This document shows positions 29,312-40,561 of a stretch of DNA of 64,000 nucleotides, one piece after another (positions within the stretch are counted from its first letter, which is position 1; every line of letters begins with the position of its first letter). Under the pieces are notes generated by a model that worked only from the letters and a program-made list of their open reading frames with translations, made no database searches and was not told the DNA's origin. The translations under genes were made by a program, and so were the position numbers. The DNA lies in NCBI GenBank assembly GCA_949292335.1, contig CASEYY010000031.1, forward strand, positions 1,075-65,074, given 5' to 3'. The DNA is from an uncultured Pseudomonadota bacterium. Its GTDB lineage: Bacteria; Pseudomonadota; Alphaproteobacteria; RF32; CAG-239.

Positions 29312-31000
29312 TTGATAACAAATTCATCAGATATAATTTTACCCCGTATTTTAAAGCTCTGCGATGATATTTCGCATGGAGTTTCTTCCGACACGATTAT
29401 CGAGACCACCATGCTTTTAGCCGGAAACATAGCCGCTGCCGATGGCTGTTTTTTCTTTCATGTTACCCAGAAAAAATTTCTAAATTTGGTATACAGCCGC
29501 ATAGAAAGTCTCAACACTTCCATATCCGGCACTTCAAATATGCGTTTATATCCCTCGGTATATCTCCCCGACATAATGGAAAAGCATCCCAAGCGGCCGG
29601 CGGAACTATGTGCCGTAAGCCGCGAAGTAATCAATACTGCCAATGTTTTTAATGAAACGAACATAGACTCATCATACCTCAAAGAATTTGATGAAGAAAA
29701 CAATTACAATACCTTATCGATGCTCTCATTTCCGATTTCCGACAGTAAAAACAATGTTATCGGAGTCGCTCAGTTTATCAACGCCAAAGCTCCCAATGGT
29801 AAGATAATAAATTTTAGCAGTGATATGCAAAATCGGATAATATCCGTATGCAATATGCTCTCCATAGCCCTGGAACGCAAAAGGCTGGAAGAATCCTACA
29901 CCCAACTGCTTGAATCTTTTGTAGATATAATGGCCAAAGCTATTGATGCCAAATCGCCCTATACCGGCCTTCACTGCCAAAAAGTCCCGATTATCACCAG
30001 ATTACTGGCATCAGCGGCAGTCCAAGCCAACGAAGGAGCCTTCAAAAATTTTGAAATGTCGGACGATGACTGGTATGCCTTGCATATAGCCTCCTGGTTG
30101 CATGATTGTGGCAAAATCATCACGCCGGAATTTATAATGGACAAATCAGCCAAACTTGAAACCGTTCATAATCGCATTCACGAGATTAGAGACCGCTTTG
30201 AGATTTTGCGTCGTGATGCCCATATAGAATATTTACAAAAGCGACTGCAAAACACGGACAACAAAGAAAATTTACAAGCCGAATTTGTAGCCAAAGTAAA
30301 AAAGCTTACCGAAGACTTTGAGTTTATCGGTCGCTGTAATATAGGTGACACCGCACTAAGTGATGAAGATATGGAAAGATTGGACCAAATATCTCAAGAA
30401 CTCACTTTTACTCGCTATTTCAACCGTATGGTCGGTTTATCTTGGGGCGAACGCAAACTGATTAATACTCCTTCGATCTACAATAATCCTGAGGTTGAGT
30501 CTGTTTTGCAAGACCGTCCCGAACAACTTGCCGCCACCTATAATCAAGGTGAATTAACCAACTTAAAAATTCGCCAAGGCACCATAAATCAAGCCGAAAG
30601 ACAAAAGATAAACGAGCATATTGTCACCACGATTCAGATATTGAAGAATCTGCCGTTCCCGCCTGAGCTATCCAACATTGTTGAATATGCCGGAGCTCAT
30701 CACGAAAGAGTCGACGGCAAAGGCTACCCCAATGGCCTAACCGGTAAACAGATGTCTATTCCGGCCAAGATTATGGCCATAGCCGATGTTTATGAAGCCC
30801 TAACCGCTCGTGACAGGCCGTACAAAGAACCGAAAAAACTGTCCGAAGTTTTACGAATTATGCAAGAGATGAAAAACAGCGGGCATCTTGATCCTGACTT
30901 ATACGAACTTTTCATCAGAAGCGGTGTTTACTTGGAATATGCCAAAGAATATATTGATAAAGAGCAAATTGATGAAATAAACCCCGAGGAGTATCTGTAA
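29312..31000 (+). CDS. GAF-domain / HD-GYP phosphohydrolase (c-di-GMP phosphodiesterase-type signalling protein)
   Basis: HD motif (ASWLHDCGK). HHERVDGKGYPNGL is the HD-GYP signature. The ORF track uses a TTG start with GGAG 7 nt upstream. Confidence 0.75.
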   Translation: MITNSSDIILPRILKLCDDISHGVSSDTIIETTMLLAGNIAAADGCFFFHVTQKKFLNLVYSRIESLNTSISGTSNMRLYPSVYLPDIMEKHPKRPAELCAVSREVINTANVFNETNIDSSYLKEFDEENNYNTLSMLSFPISDSKNNVIGVAQFINAKAPNGKIINFSSDMQNRIISVCNMLSIALERKRLEESYTQLLESFVDIMAKAIDAKSPYTGLHCQKVPIITRLLASAAVQANEGAFKNFEMSDDDWYALHIASWLHDCGKIITPEFIMDKSAKLETVHNRIHEIRDRFEILRRDAHIEYLQKRLQNTDNKENLQAEFVAKVKKLTEDFEFIGRCNIGDTALSDEDMERLDQISQELTFTRYFNRMVGLSWGERKLINTPSIYNNPEVESVLQDRPEQLAATYNQGELTNLKIRQGTINQAERQKINEHIVTTIQILKNLPFPPELSNIVEYAGAHHERVDGKGYPNGLTGKQMSIPAKIMAIADVYEALTARDRPYKEPKKLSEVLRIMQEMKNSGHLDPDLYELFIRSGVYLEYAKEYIDKEQIDEINPEEYL

Positions 31001-31711
31001 ATGCTAGAAGTTTATCCGGTATTATGCCGTCCGGACTATATGGATAATTACGCCTATGTTATAATTGATAGCACCAGTAAATTAGCCGCCGTTATTGACC
31101 CGTCAGAAGCCGCCCCGGTTATCAAAAAATGTGATGATTTAGGAGTTAAGCCGCAATACATTTTAAATACGCACCATCATTTTGATCATGTTGACGGCAA
31201 TATTGAGCTAAAAAACAAATATAATGCCCAAGTTGTATGCAATTCTGCCGATATGCACCGCATAGAAAGTGCCGATATAGGTCTCGAGGCCGGAAAAGTA
31301 TTTAGTTTAGGTGAATCCGTTGCCGAGATTATAGATGTTTCGGCTCATACTATCGGCCACATTTTGTATTATTTTAGAGCAGATAAAGTTTTGTTCACCG
31401 GCGACACCTTATTTAATCTTTGTATCGGCGGTATTTTCGAAGGAACATCCGAACAGATGTTTGTTGCCTTGCAAAAAATAAAAGCTCTACCCGATGATAC
31501 ATTATTTTACCCCGGACACGAATACACCATGGGCAGTGCCGGGTTTGCTTTTAACTACAACCACGGAAATGAAGACATCCAAAAATACTTGACCAAAGCT
31601 CGCGAGCGTTTGGCTTCCGGATTACCTGTCGCCCCAATGAGCTTAGGCGAAGAAAAGAAATGTAATCCTTACCTTGAAGTAAGCACTTTAACAGAATTCA
31701 AATCTTTATAA
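31001..31711 (+). CDS. gloB: hydroxyacylglutathione hydrolase (glyoxalase II), metallo-beta-lactamase fold
   Basis: NTHHHFDHVDGN metal-binding motif. ~236 aa. Confidence 0.8.
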   Translation: MLEVYPVLCRPDYMDNYAYVIIDSTSKLAAVIDPSEAAPVIKKCDDLGVKPQYILNTHHHFDHVDGNIELKNKYNAQVVCNSADMHRIESADIGLEAGKVFSLGESVAEIIDVSAHTIGHILYYFRADKVLFTGDTLFNLCIGGIFEGTSEQMFVALQKIKALPDDTLFYPGHEYTMGSAGFAFNYNHGNEDIQKYLTKARERLASGLPVAPMSLGEEKKCNPYLEVSTLTEFKSL

Positions 31712-31725
31712 ATTTTTATGAACAC

Positions 31726-31758
31726 AAAAGGGCTCTGCCACAAGCAGAGCCCTTTTGT
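31726..31758. terminator. bidirectional terminator between gloB and pnp
   Basis: agggctctgc...gcagagccct + TTTT. Confidence 0.6.
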
Positions 31759-31774
31759 TTATATCAGATAAGGA

Positions 31775-33904
31775 TTATTTATTTTCCAAATCTTCACCGG
31801 TTTCTTGATTAACTCTCTTAGCCGAAAGTTTAATCTTACCGCGATTATCGGCACCCAAGCACTTAACCCAGATTTTGTCACCTTCTTTATAGAAGTCAGA
31901 AACCGAGGCAATTCTCTCGTTCTTAACCTCCGAGATGTGAACCAAACCTTCGGTAGTACCGAGGAAACGAACAAACGCACCAAAATCCATAATCTTGGTA
32001 ATGGTACCATGATAGATTTTACCGGTTTCAGGTTCGGCAACAATACCCATAATCCATTCCAAAGCGGCATCGCCGTCTTCTTTTTTCATCGAAGCAATTT
32101 TAACTACGCCGTCATCGGAAATATCAATTTTGGTATGAGTTGTATCAACGATTTCTCTGATAACTTTACCACCTGTTCCGATAACCTCGCGAATTTTATC
32201 TACCGGAATTTTGATAGCAACGATTCTGGGTGCTCGGTCAGAAACATGCGGACGCGGCTCGGCGATAGCTTTGGCCATTTCGCCCAAGATATGAATTCTG
32301 CCTTCATGAGCTTGGATTAAGGCTTTTTGCATAATTTCTTTGGTAATGGAAGTAATTTTAATATCCATTTGCAAAGCGGTAACCCCATCTTTAGTACCGG
32401 CAACCTTAAAGTCCATATCGCCCAAGTGATCTTCATCACCCAAGATATCGGTCAAGATAGCAACTCTGCCGTCATCTTCTTTAATCAAGCCCATGGCAAT
32501 ACCGGCAACTGGTTTCCGCAACGGCACACCTGCCGACATCAAAGACATGGTAGAACCGCAAACCGTAGCCATCGAAGACGAACCGTTCGATTCCATAATT
32601 TCGGAAACCACGCGTACGGTGTAGGGGAAAGCGTCTTTATCTTTCGGCATCATCGGGTGAATTGCACGCCAAGCCAATTTTCCGTGACCGATTTCACGAC
32701 GTCCCGGAGAACCCAAGCGACCGCATTCACCAACCGAATAAGGCGGGAAGTTATAGTTAAGCATAAAATCTTCTTTGGTTTCGTCAAACAAACCGTCAAT
32801 GATTTGAGCATCTTCGCCCACACCCAAAGTAGTAACCACCAAAGCCTGAGTTTCACCTCTGGTAAACAAAGCCGAACCGTGGGTTGTAGGCAAAACATCA
32901 ACTTCACACTGTATCGGGCGTACGGTTTTGGTATCACGGCCGTCAATACGATGACCGGTAGTCAAAACTTTTTCGCGTACTACTTTGTGCATTAATTTTT
33001 CGATAACATCACCGACATAGCGGTTTTCGATTTCGTTTTCAGGATCGATTGTAGCCTTAACCTCTTCCGAAATTTGACCGACCAAAGTACCGCGAGTAAG
33101 TTTATCGGTTTCTTCAAAAGCTTTGGCATATTTAGCTTCAAAATCTTTTTCCACTCTGGCATAAAGGGCATCGAACTCCGGCGGAAATACCGGCATTTCC
33201 CAAGCTTCTTTACCGGCTTCGTTTTTGAGTTCATTAATTAAATCAATAACCGGTTGGAAGTTTTCAAAACCGAACATAACGGCACCGAGCATAACCTCTT
33301 CCGACAGCTCGTTAGCTTCGGATTCAACCATCAAAACACCTTCTTTGGTGCCGGCTACGGCCAATTCCAAATCCGAAGTTTGCTGTTGTTCAATGGTCGG
33401 GTTCAAGATATATTGACCATCTTTATAACCGATTTTAGCAGCCCCGATAGGACCCAAGAACGGAATACCGGAAACGGCCAAAGCGGCAGAAGCGGCAATC
33501 ATGGCAACAACATCTGAATCGGTTTGTTTATCGTGAGCCAACACGGTACAAACGACCTGCACTTCATTTTTGAAGGCATCGGGAAACAACGGGCGAATAG
33601 GTCTGTCAATCAAACGCGAGATAAGAACTTCGCGTTCGGAAGGTTTACCTTCTCTTTTCATAAAGCCGCCCGGAACTTTACCGGTAGCATAATATTTTTC
33701 TTGATAATTAACGGTCAAGGGGAAGAAGTCTTGATCAGCCTTCACCTCTTTAGCGGCACAAACGGTACCATGGACAACGGTTTGACCATAAGTAACCACC
33801 ACCGAACCGGCGGCTTGACGCGATATTTTACCGGTTTCCAAAACTAACTTGCGTCCGCCCCACATCATTTCTTTGCGGACTTCTCTAAAATCGATCATAT
33901 ACAA
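31775..33904 (-). CDS. pnp: polyribonucleotide nucleotidyltransferase (PNPase)
   Basis: Two RNase PH domains, KH, and the C-terminal S1 ([13 protein letters not shown]). 709 aa. Confidence 0.95.
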   Translation of the reverse strand: MYMIDFREVRKEMMWGGRKLVLETGKISRQAAGSVVVTYGQTVVHGTVCAAKEVKADQDFFPLTVNYQEKYYATGKVPGGFMKREGKPSEREVLISRLIDRPIRPLFPDAFKNEVQVVCTVLAHDKQTDSDVVAMIAASAALAVSGIPFLGPIGAAKIGYKDGQYILNPTIEQQQTSDLELAVAGTKEGVLMVESEANELSEEVMLGAVMFGFENFQPVIDLINELKNEAGKEAWEMPVFPPEFDALYARVEKDFEAKYAKAFEETDKLTRGTLVGQISEEVKATIDPENEIENRYVGDVIEKLMHKVVREKVLTTGHRIDGRDTKTVRPIQCEVDVLPTTHGSALFTRGETQALVVTTLGVGEDAQIIDGLFDETKEDFMLNYNFPPYSVGECGRLGSPGRREIGHGKLAWRAIHPMMPKDKDAFPYTVRVVSEIMESNGSSSMATVCGSTMSLMSAGVPLRKPVAGIAMGLIKEDDGRVAILTDILGDEDHLGDMDFKVAGTKDGVTALQMDIKITSITKEIMQKALIQAHEGRIHILGEMAKAIAEPRPHVSDRAPRIVAIKIPVDKIREVIGTGGKVIREIVDTTHTKIDISDDGVVKIASMKKEDGDAALEWIMGIVAEPETGKIYHGTITKIMDFGAFVRFLGTTEGLVHISEVKNERIASVSDFYKEGDKIWVKCLGADNRGKIKLSAKRVNQETGEDLENK

Positions 33905-34007
33905 TTACCTTTCATCTATCATACAATCCTCTACCTGCCCCATGCAGGATTTTAATACAGGTTGCGGAGCTCTTTCAACAAGCTCCGCGACCTCAAAGCA
34001 AACCAAA

Positions 34008-34277
34008 TTATCGTCTGATGTTTAACTTAGCGATAACGGTTTTATATCTGTTCTCGTCTTTAGCCTTCAAATAGTCAAGCAAGTGACGACGACGAGCAAC
34101 TTTTTTCATCAAACCCAAACGAGAGTGATTATCTTTGGCATGAACTTTGAAGTGTTCAACCAAGTTGTTGATTTCCTCGGTCCAAATAGCAATTTGAACC
34201 TCCGGAGAACCGGTATCATTGGGGTTTAATCCGAAAGCTTTAACAAGTTCCTGTTTTTTTTCATTAGATATCGACAT
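34008..34277 (-). CDS. rpsO: 30S ribosomal protein S15
   Basis: [16 protein letters not shown]...[23 protein letters not shown] take the start at the internal ATG (34277) preceded by AAGGA, giving 89 aa. The ORF-track start at 34385 is too long. Confidence 0.9.
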   Translation of the reverse strand: MSISNEKKQELVKAFGLNPNDTGSPEVQIAIWTEEINNLVEHFKVHAKDNHSRLGLMKKVARRRHLLDYLKAKDENRYKTVIAKLNIRR

Positions 34278-34293
34278 CGTTTTTCCTTTTTCA

Positions 34294-35199
34294 TTACAAA
34301 TTAAACACACGAACGGGAGAAATTCTGCTTTCTTCCACTCGCACCATAGCCACCAATTCATTTTCAAAGACCGCAGCCGCTTCACCGAGTGTCATATTAT
34401 CGGCATAAGCCTTTGGTGAAATAGCCTGTCCTTTACGCAACTTGGCGGCATCTTCTTCCCCTACGGCAATGACCGTGATGTCGCACAGACATGTCAACAA
34501 GGGAAGCAACAATTTTTTGCGTTCCTCAACATACTCCATATTTTTTAATTTTTCCAGCAAAATCGTATCCGAGATATCAAATAAGGCACATTTTGTCCTT
34601 TTTAGAGCGGTTAAATGGCCGCATGAGCCCAAATTTTGAGCCAAATCTGCCCCCAAAGTTCTGACATAAGTACCTTTAGAGCATTTTACTCTAAATTTTG
34701 CCTCAGATTCGCTCATCATTTCAATAAGCTGCAAATCATAAATTTTTACGATTCGTTTTGGCATTTCCGGATTAAGTCCTTTTCTTGCCAAATCATATGC
34801 TCTTTCTCCGGCAATCTTTAGTGCCGAATACAGCGGCGGAGTTTGCTCAATCTCCCCGATGAATTTTGGCAGAGCCTCCAATATTTCATCTTTACCAGGG
34901 ATTCTAGAACTCCGTGCGACCACATTTCCGGTCAAATCCAAAGTATCGGTAGCTGCCCCGAATTTCAAAACAAACTCATATTCTTTATCGCCGTCCATCA
35001 CATAAGGAATAAGTTTGGTTGCCTCACCAAAGGCAATCGGCAACACTCCTTCGGCAAAAGGATCAAGAGTTCCGGTATGTCCGTTTTTCTTGGCATTTAG
35101 CAACTTTCGCGTCAGATTAACCACCAAGGTTGACCCCATTCCCGCCGGTTTGTTTATAATCAACCAACCGTTAACATTTTCGCCTTTTTTATGCTTCAT
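34294..35199 (-). CDS. truB: tRNA pseudouridine(55) synthase TruB
   Basis: [13 protein letters not shown]...[21 protein letters not shown] motifs. Confidence 0.92.
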   Translation of the reverse strand: MKHKKGENVNGWLIINKPAGMGSTLVVNLTRKLLNAKKNGHTGTLDPFAEGVLPIAFGEATKLIPYVMDGDKEYEFVLKFGAATDTLDLTGNVVARSSRIPGKDEILEALPKFIGEIEQTPPLYSALKIAGERAYDLARKGLNPEMPKRIVKIYDLQLIEMMSESEAKFRVKCSKGTYVRTLGADLAQNLGSCGHLTALKRTKCALFDISDTILLEKLKNMEYVEERKKLLLPLLTCLCDITVIAVGEEDAAKLRKGQAISPKAYADNMTLGEAAAVFENELVAMVRVEESRISPVRVFNL

Positions 35200-35331
35200 T
35201 TTCCTCTCCGTTTAATTTTTTGATACGGCAAATTGACCAAGCTGTCAAACCTTTTAGCAAAAACACTTGCCAAATAAAGCTTTTTAGCTTTATATGAAAG
35301 TAAGATTATACAAAAGTTTAGGAGAAAAAAC

Positions 35332-35706
35332 ATGGCCGATAAAGAACCTTCGCAAAGACAGCTAAGGGTAGCCCAAGAAATCAGAAAAATCATCACGCGT
35401 TTTATTGACCGCGGCGAAGTCCACAATTTAGAGGGAATTGACACTCTTGTCACCATTACCGAAGTAACCGTCTCGCCCGATTTGAAATATTGCACGGTAT
35501 GGTTCATCACCTCAAACGGCAATTTTTTGCAAGAAGTATTAGGCGGCCTACAGCTTGCCGCTAACTTTTTCCGCAAACAGGTTGCGGCACAAACATCTCT
35601 GCGTTATGTACCGGAGATAAATTTCCGGGTTGATAAAACATTTGAGGCGGTAGACAAGATAGAAAAGCTTTTGCAAGATCCCAAAGTTGCCCAAGATTTG
35701 AAATAA
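35332..35706 (+). CDS. rbfA: ribosome-binding factor A
   Basis: R..RVAQEIRKIIT........L..I.TLVTITEV.VSPDLKY..V.F KH-fold signature. 124 aa. Confidence 0.9.
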   Translation: MADKEPSQRQLRVAQEIRKIITRFIDRGEVHNLEGIDTLVTITEVTVSPDLKYCTVWFITSNGNFLQEVLGGLQLAANFFRKQVAAQTSLRYVPEINFRVDKTFEAVDKIEKLLQDPKVAQDLK

Positions 35707-35740
35707 CAAAAAACCGGATACTTGAATATCCGGTTTTTTA
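35705..35740. terminator. bidirectional terminator between rbfA and fabG
   Basis: aaccggata...tatccggtt + TTTTT. Confidence 0.55.
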
Positions 35741-35760
35741 TTACAGCCCCTGGTCAGCTA

Positions 35761-36498
35761 TTAAATCATAGCCATACCGCCGTTGATGTTAATAGTTTGG
35801 CCGGTAATGTATTGCGATTCGTCAGAAGCCAAGAAAGCAACCACATTGGCAATATCCTGAGCCTCTCCGAGTTTTCCTTCCGGAATTTTAGCCAACAAAG
35901 CTGTTTTAACATCATCAGGCAGAACATCGGTCATCGGAGTTCTGATAAAGCCCGGAGCAATAGAGTTAACGGTAATACCGCGAGAAGCAACTTCTTGAGC
36001 CAAGCATTTGTTCATAGCAATCATACCACCCTTAGAAGCGGCATAGTTAGCCTGACCGGCATTTCCGGTAACACCTACTACCGAGGCAATACCGATAATA
36101 CGACCGAAGCGGCGTTTCATCATACCTCTGATAACACCTCTGGCCAATTTGAAACCGGCAGAGAGGTTAACATCCAATACCAACTGCCATTCATCATCGC
36201 TCATTCTCATAAACAAATTATCTCTGGTTAAACCGGCATTGTTAACCAAAATGTCGATTTGTCCGAATTTTGCTTCGACCTCGGCAACCAAGGTTTTAAT
36301 AGCCTCTGAATCCGAAAGATTGGCAACAAATACTTCAACATTATCACCCAATTCGGCCTTTAATTTTTCCATCGGCTCGGCACGCATATCGGTCAAAGCC
36401 AATTTAGCACCCTGAGCATGCAAAGTGTGAGCAATCTTATCGCCCAAACCGCCGGCAGCACCGGTAATCAAAGCAACTTTTCCATCTAATCTAAACAT
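35761..36498 (-). CDS. fabG: 3-oxoacyl-[ACP] reductase FabG-like SDR
   Basis: GKVALITGAAGGLG...NNAG...S..G..G..GQANYAASKGG. I chose the internal ATG (36498, SD AAGGAT). The track ORF extends to 36558. Confidence 0.75.
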   Translation of the reverse strand: MFRLDGKVALITGAAGGLGDKIAHTLHAQGAKLALTDMRAEPMEKLKAELGDNVEVFVANLSDSEAIKTLVAEVEAKFGQIDILVNNAGLTRDNLFMRMSDDEWQLVLDVNLSAGFKLARGVIRGMMKRRFGRIIGIASVVGVTGNAGQANYAASKGGMIAMNKCLAQEVASRGITVNSIAPGFIRTPMTDVLPDDVKTALLAKIPEGKLGEAQDIANVVAFLASDESQYITGQTININGGMAMI

Positions 36499-36673
36499 AT
36501 TTTTATCCTTTTTACTGCTAAAATTAACTGCCCATAAGATTGGTTTAAAGCTCAACAAAAGTCAAGAACATTGCACCAGTTATAAAAATAAAAATTAAGG
36601 GATTTTTGACAATTTTAATATATACTTGGCAACTAAGATATTTAAAGAGCTATCTCAAATCAAAGGAATTAAA

Positions 36674-38944
36674 ATGGCTAAACGCAAAAAAGGAAAAACA
36701 CTTTTCGCCAAGGTTTTGACATTCGGACTTGGTGTATTTTTTATACTATCCGCATTGTTTTTAATATTTTCGTGTCTGTTTTATGACAGCCGCGATTCCG
36801 GATACAATATAGCCAATTCTCTGCCCATAAACAACTTATTGGGAGCAAACGGGGCTTACGCGGCAAGCTTTGCTTTAAGTTGGTTTGGATTGGGTCTGGC
36901 AATATTCTTAATTGCACCTTTGGTTTGGGGCTATGAGATTTTAAGGTACAAAACCTTTGTCCATGCTTATGGCCGTATATTTGCCTTTATTTTAGGTACC
37001 GTATGCCTATCAACCTTCTTGGATTTGAGCCTTGGTGAAGCGGAAAGATTTAGTTTCGGCGGCAACATCGGGGTATTTTTTACCCGCCAATTTTTAAGTT
37101 TAACCTCCCGCATATACCCCTTTGCCTATAACGACATAATCTTAGGCGGCATACTGTTTTTGCTTGCTTTGATTTCGTTTAATTTTGCCTGCGGAATAAA
37201 CATCAGCAGTTGGTACAAATTAAGCAAAAAATTTATATTATTTATTGGCGGCATATTGATTATGTTCATCAACGGCTGTCGCAGTCTATGCAGTTTTGGT
37301 GCCAAAGTAAAGAGCAAAAAAGCCTCAACAAAACCGACCAAAACTCGCAAAGAGCCCAAACTTCGTGACAATAAAGAAAACAAGAATACCACAGCTTCGG
37401 CGACCATAAAAATTGCCAAACCGGTCAGTAAAATTGATGACGGCTATGAGTTTCCCGATATTAATCTGCTGTCTGCCGCAAAAGACAAAGCCACGCAGCA
37501 CATGAGTCAAAAAGAACTTGAAAAAGTTGCCGCCAAATTAGAAGAAGTTCTGCAAGAATTCGGCGTATCGGGCAAAATAGTACAGATTCGCCCCGGCCCG
37601 GTAGTCACTCTTTACGAGCTTGAACCGGCACCAGGCACCAAAACGGCTCGTGTAATTGGATTGTCTGATGATATTGCTCGCTCCATGAGTGCGGTCTCGG
37701 TTCGTATTGCGGTTGTTCCGGGGTCAAATACCATCGGTATCGAACTCCCCAACTCCACCCGCGAAATTGTGTATCTGCGTGATTTACTGGAAAGTGATGA
37801 TTTTAAAAACGCCAAAGCCGCTCTAACCATAAGTTTGGGTAAGGATATCGGTGGCAAAAACACCTATGCCGATTTATCAAAAATGCCTCACTTACTGGTT
37901 GCCGGTACCACCGGTTCCGGTAAGTCTGTCGGTGTTAACTCGATGATAATTTCGCTTTTGTACCGTATGCGTCCCGATGAGTGCAAACTGATAATGATAG
38001 ACCCCAAGATGTTGGAATTTACCATGTACAACGGCATTCCGCACTTGCTTACTCCGGTTATTACCGACCCGTCCAAAGCGGTTATCGGTCTAAAATGGGC
38101 GGTTAAAGAGATGGAAGACCGCTATCGTGCCATGGCTCAGTTAAATGTTCGCAACATCAGCGGTTACAACCAACGACTTGAAGAATTGCGAAGCAGCGGT
38201 GAAAAAATCACCCGCACGGTTCAAACCGGCTTTGATATGGAAACCGGCAAACCGATATACGAAGAGCAAGAACTCGATTTAACTCCGATGCCTTATATTG
38301 TGATTGTCGTTGATGAAATGGCCGATTTGATGTTGGTTGCCGGCAAAGAGGTCGAAGCGGCAATTCAGCGTTTGGCACAAATGGCTCGTGCCGCGGGTAT
38401 TCACCTGATTATGTCGACGCAAAGACCGTCGGTTGATGTTATTACCGGTACGATTAAGGCCAACTTCCCGACCCGTATCAGCTATCAAGTAACCTCAAAA
38501 ATAGACAGCCGCACCATTTTAGGCGAACAAGGAGCCGAGCAACTATTAGGCATGGGCGATATGCTTTATATGCCGGCCGGACAACGTCCGTTGCGTGTTC
38601 ATGCACCTTTTGTCAAAGATAGCGAAGTTGAGCAAATTGTTGAGTTCCTAAAAAAGCAAAAGCAACCCGAATATGTCGAAGCGGTAACCGAAGGCGAATT
38701 AAATGACAGCAAATCCGGTGGCGGAGCAGTATTTGACAACGGTGATTTCGGCGGAGGCGGCAGTGACGAAGACTTGTATCGCCAAGCCGTGCAGATTGTA
38801 CAAAACGACAAGAAAGCTTCCATCAGCTATGTCCAAAGAAGATTAAGGATAGGCTACAATCGAGCGGCTTCGATTATAGACCGCATGGAAGCCGAGGGCA
38901 TAGTTTCGGCTGCTGATCATGTCGGCCGCCGCGAAGTTTTGTAG
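36674..38944 (+). CDS. ftsK: DNA translocase FtsK
   Basis: 4-5 N-terminal TM helices. Motor domain with Walker A (GTTGSGKS), DEMADL, the QRPS...I.ANFP.RISY block, and the C-terminal winged-helix gamma domain (SISYVQRRLRIGYNRAA). ATG at 36674 with AAGGA SD is preferred over the track's TTG at 36626. Confidence 0.92.
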   Translation: MAKRKKGKTLFAKVLTFGLGVFFILSALFLIFSCLFYDSRDSGYNIANSLPINNLLGANGAYAASFALSWFGLGLAIFLIAPLVWGYEILRYKTFVHAYGRIFAFILGTVCLSTFLDLSLGEAERFSFGGNIGVFFTRQFLSLTSRIYPFAYNDIILGGILFLLALISFNFACGINISSWYKLSKKFILFIGGILIMFINGCRSLCSFGAKVKSKKASTKPTKTRKEPKLRDNKENKNTTASATIKIAKPVSKIDDGYEFPDINLLSAAKDKATQHMSQKELEKVAAKLEEVLQEFGVSGKIVQIRPGPVVTLYELEPAPGTKTARVIGLSDDIARSMSAVSVRIAVVPGSNTIGIELPNSTREIVYLRDLLESDDFKNAKAALTISLGKDIGGKNTYADLSKMPHLLVAGTTGSGKSVGVNSMIISLLYRMRPDECKLIMIDPKMLEFTMYNGIPHLLTPVITDPSKAVIGLKWAVKEMEDRYRAMAQLNVRNISGYNQRLEELRSSGEKITRTVQTGFDMETGKPIYEEQELDLTPMPYIVIVVDEMADLMLVAGKEVEAAIQRLAQMARAAGIHLIMSTQRPSVDVITGTIKANFPTRISYQVTSKIDSRTILGEQGAEQLLGMGDMLYMPAGQRPLRVHAPFVKDSEVEQIVEFLKKQKQPEYVEAVTEGELNDSKSGGGAVFDNGDFGGGGSDEDLYRQAVQIVQNDKKASISYVQRRLRIGYNRAASIIDRMEAEGIVSAADHVGRREVL

Positions 38945-38971
38945 ATATTTATAAAGTGGATTTGCAGGCGA

Positions 38972-39009
38972 GCAAAATTTTAGTGTACAAAGCAGTACAT
39001 GAATTTTGC
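38972..39009. repeat. structured hairpin element, instance D (gcaaaatttt-AGTGTAC-aaagc-AGTACATGA-attttgc)
   Basis: Same conserved core as 989-1032, 52432-52476 and the 106-bp repeat units, with a different but complementary outer stem. Confidence 0.6.
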
Positions 39010-39028
39010 GAGACCGCACAAAGCTGCT

Positions 39029-39505
39029 TTAGAAATCCTTTAGACGTATTTTTCTATCGAGTTCGCGATTCTTAATCGTCTCCCTCTTATCATAATTCTT
39101 TTTGCCACGGCCGAGCCCAACCTCAAGCTTGGCTCTGCCGCGATTATCAAAAAACAATCTTATCGCTACCAAGGTTGCTCCCTTTTTGGCCAAAGCGTTC
39201 ATAATATCTCTTATTTCTTTTTTGGTAAGCAATAGCTTGCGTTCGCGTTTTTCGGCATGCGAAGAATATCCCTTGTTGGCATACTCGGCAATAAACATAT
39301 TGGCCATAAAAATCTCACCATTCCGCTCGATTCCATAAGCATCATTGATATTAGCATGCCCCAACCGCAAAGACTTAACCTCGGTTCCCAAAAGTTGCAA
39401 ACCGGCCACAAATTTTTCTTCAATCAAATAATCAAAGTTGGCACGGCGGTTTTGTGCGACCAAACCACTTACTATAAAATCCGATTTTCTTTTAGCCTTT
39501 GCCAT
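39029..39505 (-). CDS. smpB: SsrA-binding protein SmpB
   Basis: ANFDY.I.E...AG..L.GTEVKSLR.G...I.DAY........F..N..I..Y. 158 aa. Confidence 0.92.
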   Translation of the reverse strand: MAKAKRKSDFIVSGLVAQNRRANFDYLIEEKFVAGLQLLGTEVKSLRLGHANINDAYGIERNGEIFMANMFIAEYANKGYSSHAEKRERKLLLTKKEIRDIMNALAKKGATLVAIRLFFDNRGRAKLEVGLGRGKKNYDKRETIKNRELDRKIRLKDF

Positions 39506-39506
39506 T

Positions 39507-40556
39507 TTAATCCTTCAAATTCTGCCACAATGCCCGTCTGACCTTATAAGGCAGTCCGGTGTTTTTATACTGCGGATGAATGGCCGCAAAGCTATCCCAA
39601 CAGCTTTTGCTCATCAGTGCATTTGTTTCATCTTGCGGTATAATCCACAATCTTTTTGCCGCCCAAAGTAATTCACATTTGCCCAAAGTGCAACCCCTAA
39701 AATCACCATCTTCGGTCAAAACTCTTTCCAACTCATCGGCTTTGGGAGCATAATCTTCATTACCTATCCGGCAAATCAGTTCGCTTAAAACGCGGCGACT
39801 TATTTCTAAGTCCAAAGATTTTAATTTTTGCCACGACAAACTCACTGCCACATCATCCCAATTTCTGACATAATCATTTACAAACTTATCAACCTCTTTT
39901 TGAATAAACTCTCTGGTTTTAAGCAGTGTAGCCGCCGTTTGTGCCAACCTTTTTTCATCAATACCGATTTTTGCAAGTTCCGGCAAAAACTTACGGATTT
40001 TTACCCTGAGAAAATCCTCATCGCCATTCATCGGGTCTTCAACCCATTTGATATTTTGTTTGAGCAAAAATTTTTTCATCTCATCGGGATGAGTATTAAG
40101 CAACGGCCGAATAATTTTAATTCCCTGTCGTTCGCTCACCGGCAAAATTCCGCTCAAACCAAACACTCCGCTGCCTCGAGCTAGCCTTAGCAAAAATGTT
40201 TCGGCCTGATCTCGCATATGATGCCCGGTTGCCAAAACTTTAATATCGTTTTGCCGACAAAAATCAAATAACAAATTATATCTGGCTTCTCTGGCGGCTT
40301 CTTCGATTCCTTTTTTAGGCTTTTCACCCAGCCAAAACAAAATATGATGTTCTATTTTATTTTCTGCCATAATTTGAGCCACATATTCCGCCTCATCTTG
40401 AGCTTCTTTGCGCAAGCCATGGTTAACCGTCAAAGCCACTACCTTTTTTCCGGCTTGTTGTAACAATAAGGCCAAGGCCAAAGAGTCCGCCCCGCCCGAA
40501 ACTCCGACCGCGATAACTTCTTCATCAATTTTATATTTGGCAAAAAAATCCTTCAT
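39507..40556 (-). CDS. tilS: tRNA(Ile)-lysidine synthetase TilS
   Basis: PP-loop VGVSGGADSLAL. ATGHH.RDQAETFL.RL.RGSG block. Confidence 0.85.
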   Translation of the reverse strand: MKDFFAKYKIDEEVIAVGVSGGADSLALALLLQQAGKKVVALTVNHGLRKEAQDEAEYVAQIMAENKIEHHILFWLGEKPKKGIEEAAREARYNLLFDFCRQNDIKVLATGHHMRDQAETFLLRLARGSGVFGLSGILPVSERQGIKIIRPLLNTHPDEMKKFLLKQNIKWVEDPMNGDEDFLRVKIRKFLPELAKIGIDEKRLAQTAATLLKTREFIQKEVDKFVNDYVRNWDDVAVSLSWQKLKSLDLEISRRVLSELICRIGNEDYAPKADELERVLTEDGDFRGCTLGKCELLWAAKRLWIIPQDETNALMSKSCWDSFAAIHPQYKNTGLPYKVRRALWQNLKD

Positions 40557-40561
40557 AACTC

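Noticed and set aside
34278-34385. N-terminal extension of the rpsO ORF (track start at 34385), with similar extensions for rimP (52329), fabG (36558) and yicC (56892)
   Set aside because: In each case the canonical protein N-terminus begins at an internal start codon with a proper RBS. The upstream in-frame residues are non-conserved and hydrophobic or low-complexity.
36626-36673. TTG start of ftsK proposed by the ORF track
   Set aside because: An in-frame ATG at 36674 has a well-spaced AAGGA Shine-Dalgarno, whereas the TTG has none. The shorter form is preferred, though the longer cannot be excluded.
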